Positions 11,544-20,059 of a stretch of DNA of 64,000 nucleotides are shown here, piece after piece. The notes under the pieces are model-generated. The model was not told the DNA's origin, did not search any database, and worked only from the letters and a program-made list of their open reading frames with translations. This DNA comes from Gammaproteobacteria bacterium (GTDB taxonomy: Bacteria > Pseudomonadota > Gammaproteobacteria > SZUA-21), in the NCBI GenBank assembly GCA_003233345.1, contig QILK01000044.1:4874-68873 (forward strand). Direction: 5' to 3'. Made by a program: the position numbers and the translations under genes. How positions within the stretch are numbered: position 1 is the stretch's first letter; each line of letters begins with the position of its first letter.

Positions 11544-11919
11544 GGGTGGGAGTTAATCGATAAGCCGGATTTTGTCGAGAACAGTCATTCATCTAGTCTA
11601 TATGTCGCCATATAGATCTAGCAACCTACCCGGGAACTATACGGGCCGCATTAACGTTCCCCTATTTGGTCTTGCTCCAGGTGGGGTTTACCCTGCCACT
11701 GATGTTACCACCAGTGCGGTGCGCTCTTACCGCACCATTTCACCCTTACCAGGTTATAAAATCTAACCTGGCGGTATATTTTCTGCGGCACTGGCCGTGG
11801 ACTCGCGTCTCCCAGGCGTTACCTGGCACCTTGCCCTATGGAGTCCGGACTTTCCTCTCCCCAAAGGTTTAACCAACCAGGGTCAAACATTTGAGCAGCG
11901 ACTGCTTTGATCAACTCCC
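11544..11919 (-). ncRNA. rnpB: RNase P RNA (bacterial type A), about 376 nt
   Basis: Minus-strand sequence contains the universally conserved GGAGAGGAAAGTCCGGACTCC (P4) and CTAGATGAATGACTGTTCTCGACAAAATCCGGCTTATCGATTAACTCCC (3' end, near-identical to E. coli M1 RNA 3' region); 5' GGGAGTTGATC pairs with 3' GATTAACTCCC to form P1; a TATGTTATAAT -10-like box lies about 7 nt upstream at about 11926-11936. Confidence 0.9.
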
Positions 11920-11970
11920 GTAAAAATTATAACATACTAATCTTTCGGCTTTGCTTTTTGTTCGTTGGCA

Positions 11971-12825
11971 TTAGCTGATTTTTTGTTGCTTAGCCATTTT
12001 GTAAATTGTATTTTTTGGTAACCCGGTTAAATCAACACACATAGAGACCACCGTCTTTAATGGTAATTCTACTAATAAATTTCTTATAAATTGCTCTATT
12101 TTCTCACCCTCGATTGATAACTGCTCGCGTTCCTTTCCTGCGCTATCGTCACCTTCGATCACCAGGACAAATTCCCCTTTTTGACGATGGCTGTCTGCTT
12201 CGATCCAAGACAAGCACATGCCGATTGACAAGCGTTCGATGTGCTCAAATTTCTTGGTCATTTCTCTGGCAATGGTCAGTAATCGGTCTGGATTAAAAAC
12301 CGCTTGCATATCTGCTAACGCATCAACAATTCGGTGGCTGGACTCATAGACAACAAGGGTATAGGGAACGCGCGACAATTCCTGTAAACGTTTTAAACGT
12401 GAATTTTTTTTTGCCGGCAGAAACCCTTCAAATAAAAATCGATGTGTTGGCAAACCCGAGCAACTTAGCGCCGTAATCACTGCACTGGGACCTGGAACCG
12501 GGCACACTGTGATTTTTTCACTATGTGCCAAATCAACGAGACGGTAACCCGGATCATTAATTAAAGGGGTGCCCGCATCACAAATCAACGCAATGGACTT
12601 ACCTGATTTTAAACGGGCGAGCAACTCGTCTAGCCGTGATTGCTCATTATGTTCATGACACGATACCAGTGTTGTACTTATGTTTAACTTTTTTAGCATA
12701 AAATGACTATGCCGGGTATCTTCAGCAGCGATAATATCTACCTCGGACAACACCTTGCTGACACGCACACTTATATCATCAAGGTTACCAATCGGCGTTG
12801 CAACTATGTACAAAATCCCAGACAT
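11971..12825 (-). CDS. rsmI: 16S rRNA (cytidine1402-2'-O)-methyltransferase RsmI
   Basis: 284-aa tetrapyrrole-methylase-fold protein starting MSGILYIVATPIGNLDDIS, typical RsmI N-terminus. Confidence 0.9.
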   Translation of the reverse strand: MSGILYIVATPIGNLDDISVRVSKVLSEVDIIAAEDTRHSHFMLKKLNISTTLVSCHEHNEQSRLDELLARLKSGKSIALICDAGTPLINDPGYRLVDLAHSEKITVCPVPGPSAVITALSCSGLPTHRFLFEGFLPAKKNSRLKRLQELSRVPYTLVVYESSHRIVDALADMQAVFNPDRLLTIAREMTKKFEHIERLSIGMCLSWIEADSHRQKGEFVLVIEGDDSAGKEREQLSIEGEKIEQFIRNLLVELPLKTVVSMCVDLTGLPKNTIYKMAKQQKIS

Positions 12826-12960
12826 TTATAAACGTTTCCAACTGGATATGACAAAAGAACTATGACACACTATCCTGTAAATAGGGCACTAACACAATCC
12901 ATTTAGCATTGTGGCACTGCTTTTTAATCCTATTTTTATCCTAATAGAGTAACTAAAAAT

Positions 12961-14880
12961 ATGCTGAATATCAAAAGCCTGCTATTTATTGTCTGCCTGA
13001 ACCTGGTGTTGGTACCCTGGGCGGGAGCGCAGTCGACTGGCGCACGTATGGGAAAATCACCCGATCATAAAAAACGCATGGGTAAATCCCCGGATAGTAA
13101 AAAAGGTGGCAGCAACGAGCCACGAGATATTGCGCTAAACGCACAAAGTTATCTTGACCAGGCGCAATCCAGTTCAGATCCGGAAAAACGCGCGGCATTG
13201 CAACTGCAAGCAGCTAAAGAATATATCAAAGGCAAATATTACGAACAGGCAGACAGTATTCTAGCTGGGTTGGATGCAAGCCGGCTTAGCGAATCATTGC
13301 AGTATCCCTACAAGCTACTGGCAGCTGAAATTGCCATGTCAAAACAGGATCCCAATAAAGCCCTGTCACTGGCAACCAAACCACCACGCTCAGCGCCACA
13401 ACCGCTTCAGCTTCAAGCGCATAAAACCCGCGCAGCCGCGTTCTTGCAATTAGGTAATCGACTGCAAAGTTTTCAGGAGTTGTTAATTGCAGCGCAACTG
13501 GCACCCGCTGATGAACAGGACAAGATCAACAAAGCAATCTGGCAAACCTTGCAACAAATCCCTAATGAAGGTTTGAAATCCCTGACCGGGCAATCAGACT
13601 CCAAGCAAATGGCTGGCTGGGTCGCACTTGTTTTAGTTTATAAAAAATCAAAATTATCACCGGATGCTTTGAAAGCAAATATAGAGAGCTGGCGTAATAA
13701 ATACAGTGATCATCCTGCGCAAAAGCAGATTATCGGCACACTCACCAAAGAACTCGAGAGCATACAATCACGTCCAGAAAAACTGGCACTGCTGGTGCCA
13801 CTTGACGGCCGTATCAGCCGCTCAAGTAAAGCCATTCGAGACGGATTTATTGCCGCCCACTTTGCCACTACCAACGATCGGAAAAAAATCGAACTTCGCA
13901 TTTACAATACGTCGGGAAAAGATGTAACAAAGGTCTACGACGAAGCGGTGCAGAATGGCGCTCAACTGGTTATCGGACCATTAAAACGTAAAAATGTAAA
14001 AAAGCTAAGTCAGCATGGGTCGGTAAGCACCCCTATCTTGGCACTAAATATACTCGCTCGCGACGAAGGTACCGCACCGGAAAACATGTACTTTTTTGGT
14101 CTCTCTTATCGCGACGAAGCAAAACAGGTGGCCGAAAAAGCAATTTTCGACAACCGCACAAATGCCATCGCTATTGTTCCGCATTCACGCTGGGGTGGCA
14201 AAGTACTAAAAGCATTTTTAAGTCGATATCAACAACTCGGTGGCAAATTGTTAAAATATACCACCTATAAAAAATCACAGACCGATTTTGGTCGCCAGCT
14301 AAAACACCTGTTAAATCTTGATGAATCAAAAACCCGACACAACAACCTGCGCTCAGTCATCGATACCAAAATGCATTTTGTCACCCGCAGACGATCTGAT
14401 GCCGAGTTTATATTCGTGGTGGCATCACCACGCACGGCACGTCTAATCGCCCCCCAGCTACGCTATTATCACGCTAAGGATCTACCTATTTATTCTACCT
14501 CACACGTCTACGGCGGCACCGAAAATACGCGACAGAATGTCGATATCAATGGACTCCTGTTTTGCGATATACCACTGGTACTCGGTGATCAGAAGCAAAC
14601 CGGGAGTATCAAAGCGGAAATCGTCAAACAGTGGCCGAATAAAATCAGCAATTCCATTCGTCTTTATGCCATTGGTATAGATGCTTACAATCTAATCCCG
14701 TATCTTAAATGGTTAAAAGACAGACCTTATGAACGCTTCGCCGGTTATACTGGTAAATTATCAATAGATAAAAATAATAATGTTCATCGCACATTGCAAT
14801 GGGCAAAAATAATTAAAGGTAAAGCAACCGTTATACAGGAACGTCTTGGCACCCCTTTAGAAAACCAGGTAAAAAATTAG
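12961..14880 (+). CDS. lpoA: penicillin-binding protein activator LpoA
   Basis: 639-aa secreted protein with N-terminal TPR-like region and C-terminal periplasmic-binding-protein (type I) fold; divergent from rsmI as in other gammaproteobacteria. Confidence 0.85.
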   Translation: MLNIKSLLFIVCLNLVLVPWAGAQSTGARMGKSPDHKKRMGKSPDSKKGGSNEPRDIALNAQSYLDQAQSSSDPEKRAALQLQAAKEYIKGKYYEQADSILAGLDASRLSESLQYPYKLLAAEIAMSKQDPNKALSLATKPPRSAPQPLQLQAHKTRAAAFLQLGNRLQSFQELLIAAQLAPADEQDKINKAIWQTLQQIPNEGLKSLTGQSDSKQMAGWVALVLVYKKSKLSPDALKANIESWRNKYSDHPAQKQIIGTLTKELESIQSRPEKLALLVPLDGRISRSSKAIRDGFIAAHFATTNDRKKIELRIYNTSGKDVTKVYDEAVQNGAQLVIGPLKRKNVKKLSQHGSVSTPILALNILARDEGTAPENMYFFGLSYRDEAKQVAEKAIFDNRTNAIAIVPHSRWGGKVLKAFLSRYQQLGGKLLKYTTYKKSQTDFGRQLKHLLNLDESKTRHNNLRSVIDTKMHFVTRRRSDAEFIFVVASPRTARLIAPQLRYYHAKDLPIYSTSHVYGGTENTRQNVDINGLLFCDIPLVLGDQKQTGSIKAEIVKQWPNKISNSIRLYAIGIDAYNLIPYLKWLKDRPYERFAGYTGKLSIDKNNNVHRTLQWAKIIKGKATVIQERLGTPLENQVKN

Positions 14881-14904
14881 CTCGCCCGGTAAAATACAAA
14901 CTTG

Positions 14905-14950
14905 AAAGATACCCTGCTGCAGGCAGCAAGGTATCTTTTACTCTGTTTAC
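14905..14950 (+). terminator. rho-independent terminator downstream of lpoA
   Basis: Stem AAAGATACC...GGTATCTTT (loop CTGCTGCAGGCAGCAA) followed by TACTCTGTTT. Confidence 0.55.
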
Positions 14951-15037
14951 CACCACCAAGCACGCTAAATTCACATCGGCAACCCAAGGGCATGCCCAAG
15001 CTATTAGGCATAATAAAATACCGCAGGCGATCAGTAT

Positions 15038-15403
15038 TTGAACAAAAGATTATTAGGGTCCCAGGCTGAATATCTGGTATCAAAAACACTAGTCTCTAAT
15101 GGATATCGTGTCTGTGAACGAAACTATTACAGTCACGTAGGTGAAATTGACCTGATCGCCGAAAAAAATGAGTGGCTGGTTTTTATTGAGGTCAAATCGA
15201 GACACGACCATGACCTAATGGCTGCCGCCGAATCGGTTACCTGGAAAAAACAACGAAAAATCATACGCACAGCGCAGTATTATTTACTTGAGCACAAGCT
15301 CGGATCCGTTGCTTGCCGGTTTGATGTTATTTGTGTTACCAATGCCCGCGCCGCACACCCCGATATTCACTGGATCAAAAATGCCTTTGTGAATGGTTGC
15401 TAG
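15038..15403 (+). CDS. yraN: UPF0102 family endonuclease-like protein YraN
   Basis: 121-aa protein with GEIDLIA motif of the YraN family. Confidence 0.85.
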   Translation: MNKRLLGSQAEYLVSKTLVSNGYRVCERNYYSHVGEIDLIAEKNEWLVFIEVKSRHDHDLMAAAESVTWKKQRKIIRTAQYYLLEHKLGSVACRFDVICVTNARAAHPDIHWIKNAFVNGC

Positions 15404-15535
15404 TCAGTTACTGCCACTTTCACTGAATTATACTATTTGACTCTGTGCTATAAACTTGAGCGCCCAAAAACACCCATGAAATCACCTGCGTAATCGGGTA
15501 AGATAGTCATTTTGATTGTTAGTATGGAGTAAATA

Positions 15536-16141
15536 ATGAATCGATTAGTCTGTCCGTCATCTCTGCCAAGCATTTTCGCAGCTATTGTGGCTAGTCTTAT
15601 TTTAAGCGGTTGCGCGGGCATGCTGATTCTGGGGGGGGCTGCCGGCGTCGGAGCTGCCGTTCACGATCGTCGTAGCGTCAATACGGTGGTCGATGACCAA
15701 GCCATAGAATTCAAGGCAGCGCAACGCTTTTCCAGGGACTCGCTATTGAGAGGAAATGTAAAAATTCACGTCACCAGTTATAACCACGTCGTGCTTATGA
15801 CCGGTGAAACACCAACAGAAGAAATGAAATCACGCGCTGAAAAAATCATAAAAGGTATTCCCAATGTAAGACACGTGCAAAATGAATTGCAGATTAAACA
15901 GCCTGTTAGCTTACTGTCACGCACTCAAGATGGGTTTGTCACAACCAAAGCAAAATCCAGTCTGTTCCAAATCAAAAAACAAGGATTTGACCCACTGCGC
16001 GTCAAAATTGTCACTCGCAATGGCAATGTTTACTTAATGGGATTGGTAACGCGGGAAGAAGCTGATGAAGTGGTTAGTCATGTCCGCCATATTAGTGGCG
16101 TCAAGCGGGTAATCAAAGTATTTGAGTACATCAAAAAATAG
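15536..16141 (+). CDS. dolP: outer-membrane lipoprotein DolP/YraP (two BON domains)
   Basis: 201 aa, lipobox LILSGC, two BON-domain repeats. Confidence 0.85.
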   Translation: MNRLVCPSSLPSIFAAIVASLILSGCAGMLILGGAAGVGAAVHDRRSVNTVVDDQAIEFKAAQRFSRDSLLRGNVKIHVTSYNHVVLMTGETPTEEMKSRAEKIIKGIPNVRHVQNELQIKQPVSLLSRTQDGFVTTKAKSSLFQIKKQGFDPLRVKIVTRNGNVYLMGLVTREEADEVVSHVRHISGVKRVIKVFEYIKK

Positions 16142-16183
16142 CATTTTATCCCAACAGCCTGTCATTTAATTTTTTGCCAGCAG

Positions 16184-16336
16184 GTAGCCCGGACTTCGCG
16201 CAGCGAACGCCGGGGAAAGAACATGATATTAACCCGCTTTCTCGTGGAATATTTATTGTTCGATAGCCGAGGGCTTCTATTGAATTTATGAGCACTATTC
16301 TTTTCCCCGGCGTTCGCTGCACGAAGTCCGGGCTAC
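16184..16336. mobile_element. MITE-like element copy A (about 153 bp) with about 30-bp terminal inverted repeats GTAGCCCGGACTTCGCGCAGCGAACGCCGGG
   Basis: Perfect or near-perfect inverted termini; same termini recur at 17788-17943 and 62590-62743. Confidence 0.8.
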
Positions 16337-16359
16337 ACTGTTAATATCACTTTACGATT

Positions 16360-17778
16360 TTGGAAGTTACTAGCGTGACCACATATACCTCATCATCTTT
16401 ACCCAAAATAGTTGAAAAAAAGCTCAAAAAAATCTGTGCCAATGGATTTTCTGTTGATGAGTCTGAACGCTATGCCTATGGTTACGATAATAGTCGTAAA
16501 CACAGTATGCCGAATGCGGTTATATTTGCAGAAAACCATCAACAGATACAAGATATTATTAAAATCTGCTACGAGTATAGTGTTCCTATAGTCGCCAGAG
16601 GCCGCGGTACTGGTACTACCGGTGGATCGATACCGCTGAAAAAAGCGATCGTCTTAAGCCTGGAAAGAATGAACCGGATTCTAAAAGTTGATCCTGACAA
16701 CCGGATGATGATTGTCGAACCCGGTGTGACCAATGCCGAAGTGCAGCGCGCGGCGGCTGATTGCGGGTTTTTCTGGCCGCCAGATCCGACCAGTGCCGAA
16801 TACTGCTCAATTGGTGGAAACCTTGGCTTTAATGCCGCCGGCCCGAAAACGGTAAAATACGGTAGCACTCGCGATAATACCCTCGGCCTAAAAGCAGTAA
16901 CCGGCACTGGAGATACATTAGTTACTGGGGTAAGAACTACAAAAGGTGTTGTCGGTTATGACTTGACAAGGCTTCTCATTGGCTCAGAAGGCACTTTAGC
17001 CATTATCACTGAAGCGACTTTAAAACTAACACCACTCCCCGATTGTGTGGTAACACTTCAATTTATCTTCGACAATATTCATAATGCAGCGACAGCTGTT
17101 TCAGCAATAATGAAGCAACCCGCTACACCGTGTGCGCTAGAGTTTATGGACAAGCATTCACTAGATCTGGTCAAAAATAACCCAGATCTTAATATTCCTG
17201 AGCAGGCCGGCGCGATGTTAATCGTTGAAATAGATGGTTTTAAGTCTGAATTAACTGAAAGCATCACTATGATTAAAACAGCAGCGGCTACCAGCCCTGG
17301 GCTAATTTCATCCCAGAGCGCCACAACCCCAGCAGAGATTAACTCGCTCTGGGCTGCGAGAAAGCAGCTTTCACCGGCACTACGGCGGATTGCCCCAAAA
17401 AAAATTAATGAGGATGTTGTCGTACCCGTTGCCAATATCCCTGCTTTAATTGAATACATCGAAAACCTGAGCCTGCATTATCAAATACCAATCGTTAATT
17501 TTGGACATGCTGGCAACGGCAATATCCATGTAAATTTACTCATCGATCCAAGCAACAAGATACAAATGGAAAACGAAACCAAATGCCTTAGCGACTTATT
17601 TGATAAGGTACTGGCACTGGAGGGAACCCTGTCGGGAGAGCACGGTGTTGGTATAGAAAAGCGCGATTATATCGACCGGGAAATCTTGCCCGTCGCATTA
17701 AACCTGATGCGTCAAATAAAATCGTCATTTGATCCAAAAGGCATACTCAATCCAGACAAGATTTTCCCACGAAAGTAG
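16360..17778 (+). CDS. FAD-linked oxidase, GlcD/D-lactate dehydrogenase family (start codon uncertain: TTG 16360, GTG 16375 or downstream)
   Basis: FAD-binding PCMH-type domain (RGxGTG...), C-terminal SGEHGVG motif typical of GlcD-like oxidases; no glcE/glcF partners adjacent. Confidence 0.8.
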   Translation: MEVTSVTTYTSSSLPKIVEKKLKKICANGFSVDESERYAYGYDNSRKHSMPNAVIFAENHQQIQDIIKICYEYSVPIVARGRGTGTTGGSIPLKKAIVLSLERMNRILKVDPDNRMMIVEPGVTNAEVQRAAADCGFFWPPDPTSAEYCSIGGNLGFNAAGPKTVKYGSTRDNTLGLKAVTGTGDTLVTGVRTTKGVVGYDLTRLLIGSEGTLAIITEATLKLTPLPDCVVTLQFIFDNIHNAATAVSAIMKQPATPCALEFMDKHSLDLVKNNPDLNIPEQAGAMLIVEIDGFKSELTESITMIKTAAATSPGLISSQSATTPAEINSLWAARKQLSPALRRIAPKKINEDVVVPVANIPALIEYIENLSLHYQIPIVNFGHAGNGNIHVNLLIDPSNKIQMENETKCLSDLFDKVLALEGTLSGEHGVGIEKRDYIDREILPVALNLMRQIKSSFDPKGILNPDKIFPRK

Positions 17779-17787
17779 CCCACGAAA

Positions 17788-17943
17788 GTAGCCCGGACTT
17801 CGCGTAGCGAACGCCGGGGGAAAGAAATAGGATTCGAAATTCAATTAAAACAGGCGACTGTGCTAGGTAGTCGGTAACTGACTAAAACAGGGAGAAACAG
17901 GATGTTCGCTCTCCCGGCGTTCGCTACGCGAAGTCCGGGCTAC
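17788..17943. mobile_element. MITE-like element copy B (about 156 bp); internal sequence is the reverse complement of copy C
   Basis: Same 30-bp TIRs; begins at the glcD-like stop codon; followed by a degenerate partial right end at 17963-17998. Confidence 0.8.
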
Positions 17944-17962
17944 AGGTTGATAAAAATTTTGA

Positions 17963-17998
17963 GGATGTTCGTTCTTTTGGCGCAGTCCGGGTTGCAGC
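17963..17998. repeat. degenerate partial copy of MITE right terminus
   Basis: AGGATGTTCGTTCTTTTGGCGCAGTCCGGGTTGCAG resembles AGGATGTTCGCTCTCCCGGCGTTCGCTACGCGAAGTCCGGGCTACAG with an internal deletion. Confidence 0.5.
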
Positions 17999-18027
17999 TG
18001 ATAAAAATTCTACTGATGGACCAATAT

Positions 18028-18459
18028 TTACTTGATGATCTTTAGGGTCGGTTTACCTGAAGGTTTATTTGTTCGCTCAACGGAACGATCTGCGACATCG
18101 CTACTACTTTTTTCTCCACTCGCTATTAGCGTATCTTGCACACTGTCATTGAAAATCATACCTTGCCCGTTTTCCTTGGCAAATATTCCTAAGACAGCAA
18201 CAATAGGTGCGTGTACTTCCTGAGGGACACCTGAAAATCTGGCATTAAAACTCACCCCATCGTCATCTAGAAGCAAGTCTCGAACTGCCCGGCTGGCGAT
18301 ATTAAACTGAATGATATTATCCTTAGCCAACTCAACAGGCGCAAGCACGCCCGGTACGCTAACATCAACCAGAATTTGCGGCGTTAAGCTGTTATCTTCC
18401 ATCCACTGATACAGTGCCCGCAGCAAATAGGGCTGTAATGGGGTGACATTATCAGACAT
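18028..18459 (-). CDS. sspB: ClpXP protease specificity-enhancing factor SspB
   Basis: 143 aa, SspB fold N-terminus and C-terminal ClpX-binding tail, directly downstream of sspA. Confidence 0.85.
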   Translation of the reverse strand: MSDNVTPLQPYLLRALYQWMEDNSLTPQILVDVSVPGVLAPVELAKDNIIQFNIASRAVRDLLLDDDGVSFNARFSGVPQEVHAPIVAVLGIFAKENGQGMIFNDSVQDTLIASGEKSSSDVADRSVERTNKPSGKPTLKIIK

Positions 18460-18473
18460 AGGCTCTCTTCCGG

Positions 18474-19124
18474 TTATACATTCTTGACGTAAACCGGATT
18501 CAATTCTTTTTCATCTTCTGATAAACTTTTTTGAAATGAATCAAGCGCAAAGACTCTCTCGGCATAATCGGTTACCGGTTTTGCCTGCAACGGTAAAGTG
18601 ATACCGTATAGACCCAATCGCCAAAGCAGCGGAGCAACTGCACAGTCCAATAAAGACAGTTCATCACTTAAATAAAACGGCTTAAATGCAAATACCTCGG
18701 CACTGGCAGTTATACTTTCAGTGAGCAATCGGCGCGCCTTGTCTTGCACCTCTGGACTCCCGCTTTCTATCTCACTAACCAGCCCGTACCAGTCCCGGTC
18801 CATACGGTACAACGCAATTTTTGTTTTTGCGCGTGACACTGGATCGACAGGCATTAAGGGGGGATGCGGAAAGCGCTCGTCAAGGTACTCATTAATGACC
18901 CGGCCCTCGTATAAAACCAGTTCCCGGTCTACCAGTGTCGGCGTGGTATTGTAAGGATTCAGATCAACCAGGTCTTCTGGCAGATTATTCGGCTCAACAT
19001 CAATGACTTCATAAGTAATTCCCTTTTCCGCCAGTACGATTCGCGTACGGTGACAATGGGAACAAGTCGGTGTTGAAAACAGGGTCATTACAGACCGACG
19101 GTTGGCGATATGCGCCATATACAA
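18474..19124 (-). CDS. sspA: stringent starvation protein A (GST-like)
   Basis: 216-aa GST-fold protein, sspA-sspB operon. Confidence 0.9.
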   Translation of the reverse strand: MYMAHIANRRSVMTLFSTPTCSHCHRTRIVLAEKGITYEVIDVEPNNLPEDLVDLNPYNTTPTLVDRELVLYEGRVINEYLDERFPHPPLMPVDPVSRAKTKIALYRMDRDWYGLVSEIESGSPEVQDKARRLLTESITASAEVFAFKPFYLSDELSLLDCAVAPLLWRLGLYGITLPLQAKPVTDYAERVFALDSFQKSLSEDEKELNPVYVKNV

Positions 19125-19235
19125 CTCCTAAGGTCAAAACAAATAGTATACCCCATATGTCAAGCCCCTATATTGATCATAATATAGGCAATTTCGCCAC
19201 TTGAGATAATTCAGCATGCTATTTTAATTGTAAGT

Positions 19236-19252
19236 GGGCCTAACGGCCCGAA
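19236..19252 (-). terminator. short GC hairpin downstream of petC (candidate terminator)
   Basis: GGGCCGTTAGGCCC hairpin on minus strand immediately after petC stop, followed by AT-rich tract. Confidence 0.4.
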
Positions 19253-20059
19253 TCAATGAACGTCGCGCCAGTATTCTTTTTTCAACAAATACGCCATCGC
19301 GGTAAACAGAATCATAAACAACATCACCCAGACACCAATTCGCTGTCTCTCCAGCTTGGCCGGTTCACTGACATATTCCAGAAAAGTCACCAGATCTCTT
19401 ACCATCAGGTCATACTGGCTTGCCGTCATAGACCCTTTTGGCCCGATCGTTTTTTTCTTGAAATGTGAAAATCGGCTAGCCATATTGCCGCCTTTGCACT
19501 CTTTCTTTTTCGTCTTTGCATTCACGACCAACTCGCCACCTTCACATTTCTCGATAAACACGGCTTCCTGTAATCCTTGTAAACCAACAAGCGCATGTGG
19601 CATGCCCATACCGGTCGGATAGAGCGCATTGCCGACACCGTAATCCCCGCTAGGATCACTATAAAAAGACTTCAGAAAAGTATATAACCAACGCGTGCTT
19701 TTCGATTTCACAATTAGCGATAGATCGGGCGGCGCTTTACCCAACATGACCTCCGATTGCTTTTTAGTCATGGCGGTGGTCATATAACTACTCAGTCTTT
19801 TTTCCCGTTCCCAGGAGACAATTAGATCTTTTTGCACCTGATCCTCTTGCAGTTCCAGGTCTTTTGCAATTCGCCCATACGAGCTATATTTTAGTGAGTG
19901 ACAACCCATGCAATAATTTACAAAATACTTAGCACCGCGCTGTAAGGAATTCATATCGCCGATGTCAGTTTTAACTTTTAATAAAGGCACATTGCTACCA
20001 GACGCATACAGCATTACTGGCGAACATAATAATGATAATAGTATTGCTAGTCTTTTCAT
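19253..20059 (-). CDS. petC: ubiquinol-cytochrome c reductase cytochrome c1 subunit
   Basis: 268 aa, signal peptide, CMGCH haem-binding motif, C-terminal TM anchor. Confidence 0.9.
   Translation of the reverse strand: MKRLAILLSLLCSPVMLYASGSNVPLLKVKTDIGDMNSLQRGAKYFVNYCMGCHSLKYSSYGRIAKDLELQEDQVQKDLIVSWEREKRLSSYMTTAMTKKQSEVMLGKAPPDLSLIVKSKSTRWLYTFLKSFYSDPSGDYGVGNALYPTGMGMPHALVGLQGLQEAVFIEKCEGGELVVNAKTKKKECKGGNMASRFSHFKKKTIGPKGSMTASQYDLMVRDLVTFLEYVSEPAKLERQRIGVWVMLFMILFTAMAYLLKKEYWRDVH

Noticed and set aside
11572-11872. Two small plus-strand ORFs (64 and 68 aa)
   Set aside because: They overlap the RNase P RNA gene on the opposite strand; the region is explained by rnpB.
16569-16907. 112-aa and 64-aa minus-strand ORFs inside the oxidase gene
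   Set aside because: Antisense to a gene with strong FAD-oxidase motifs; no independent support.
17766-17791. 13-bp direct repeat considered as a MITE target-site duplication
   Set aside because: Both copies are on the same side of the element and the other flank does not carry the 13-mer; more consistent with a local tandem duplication.
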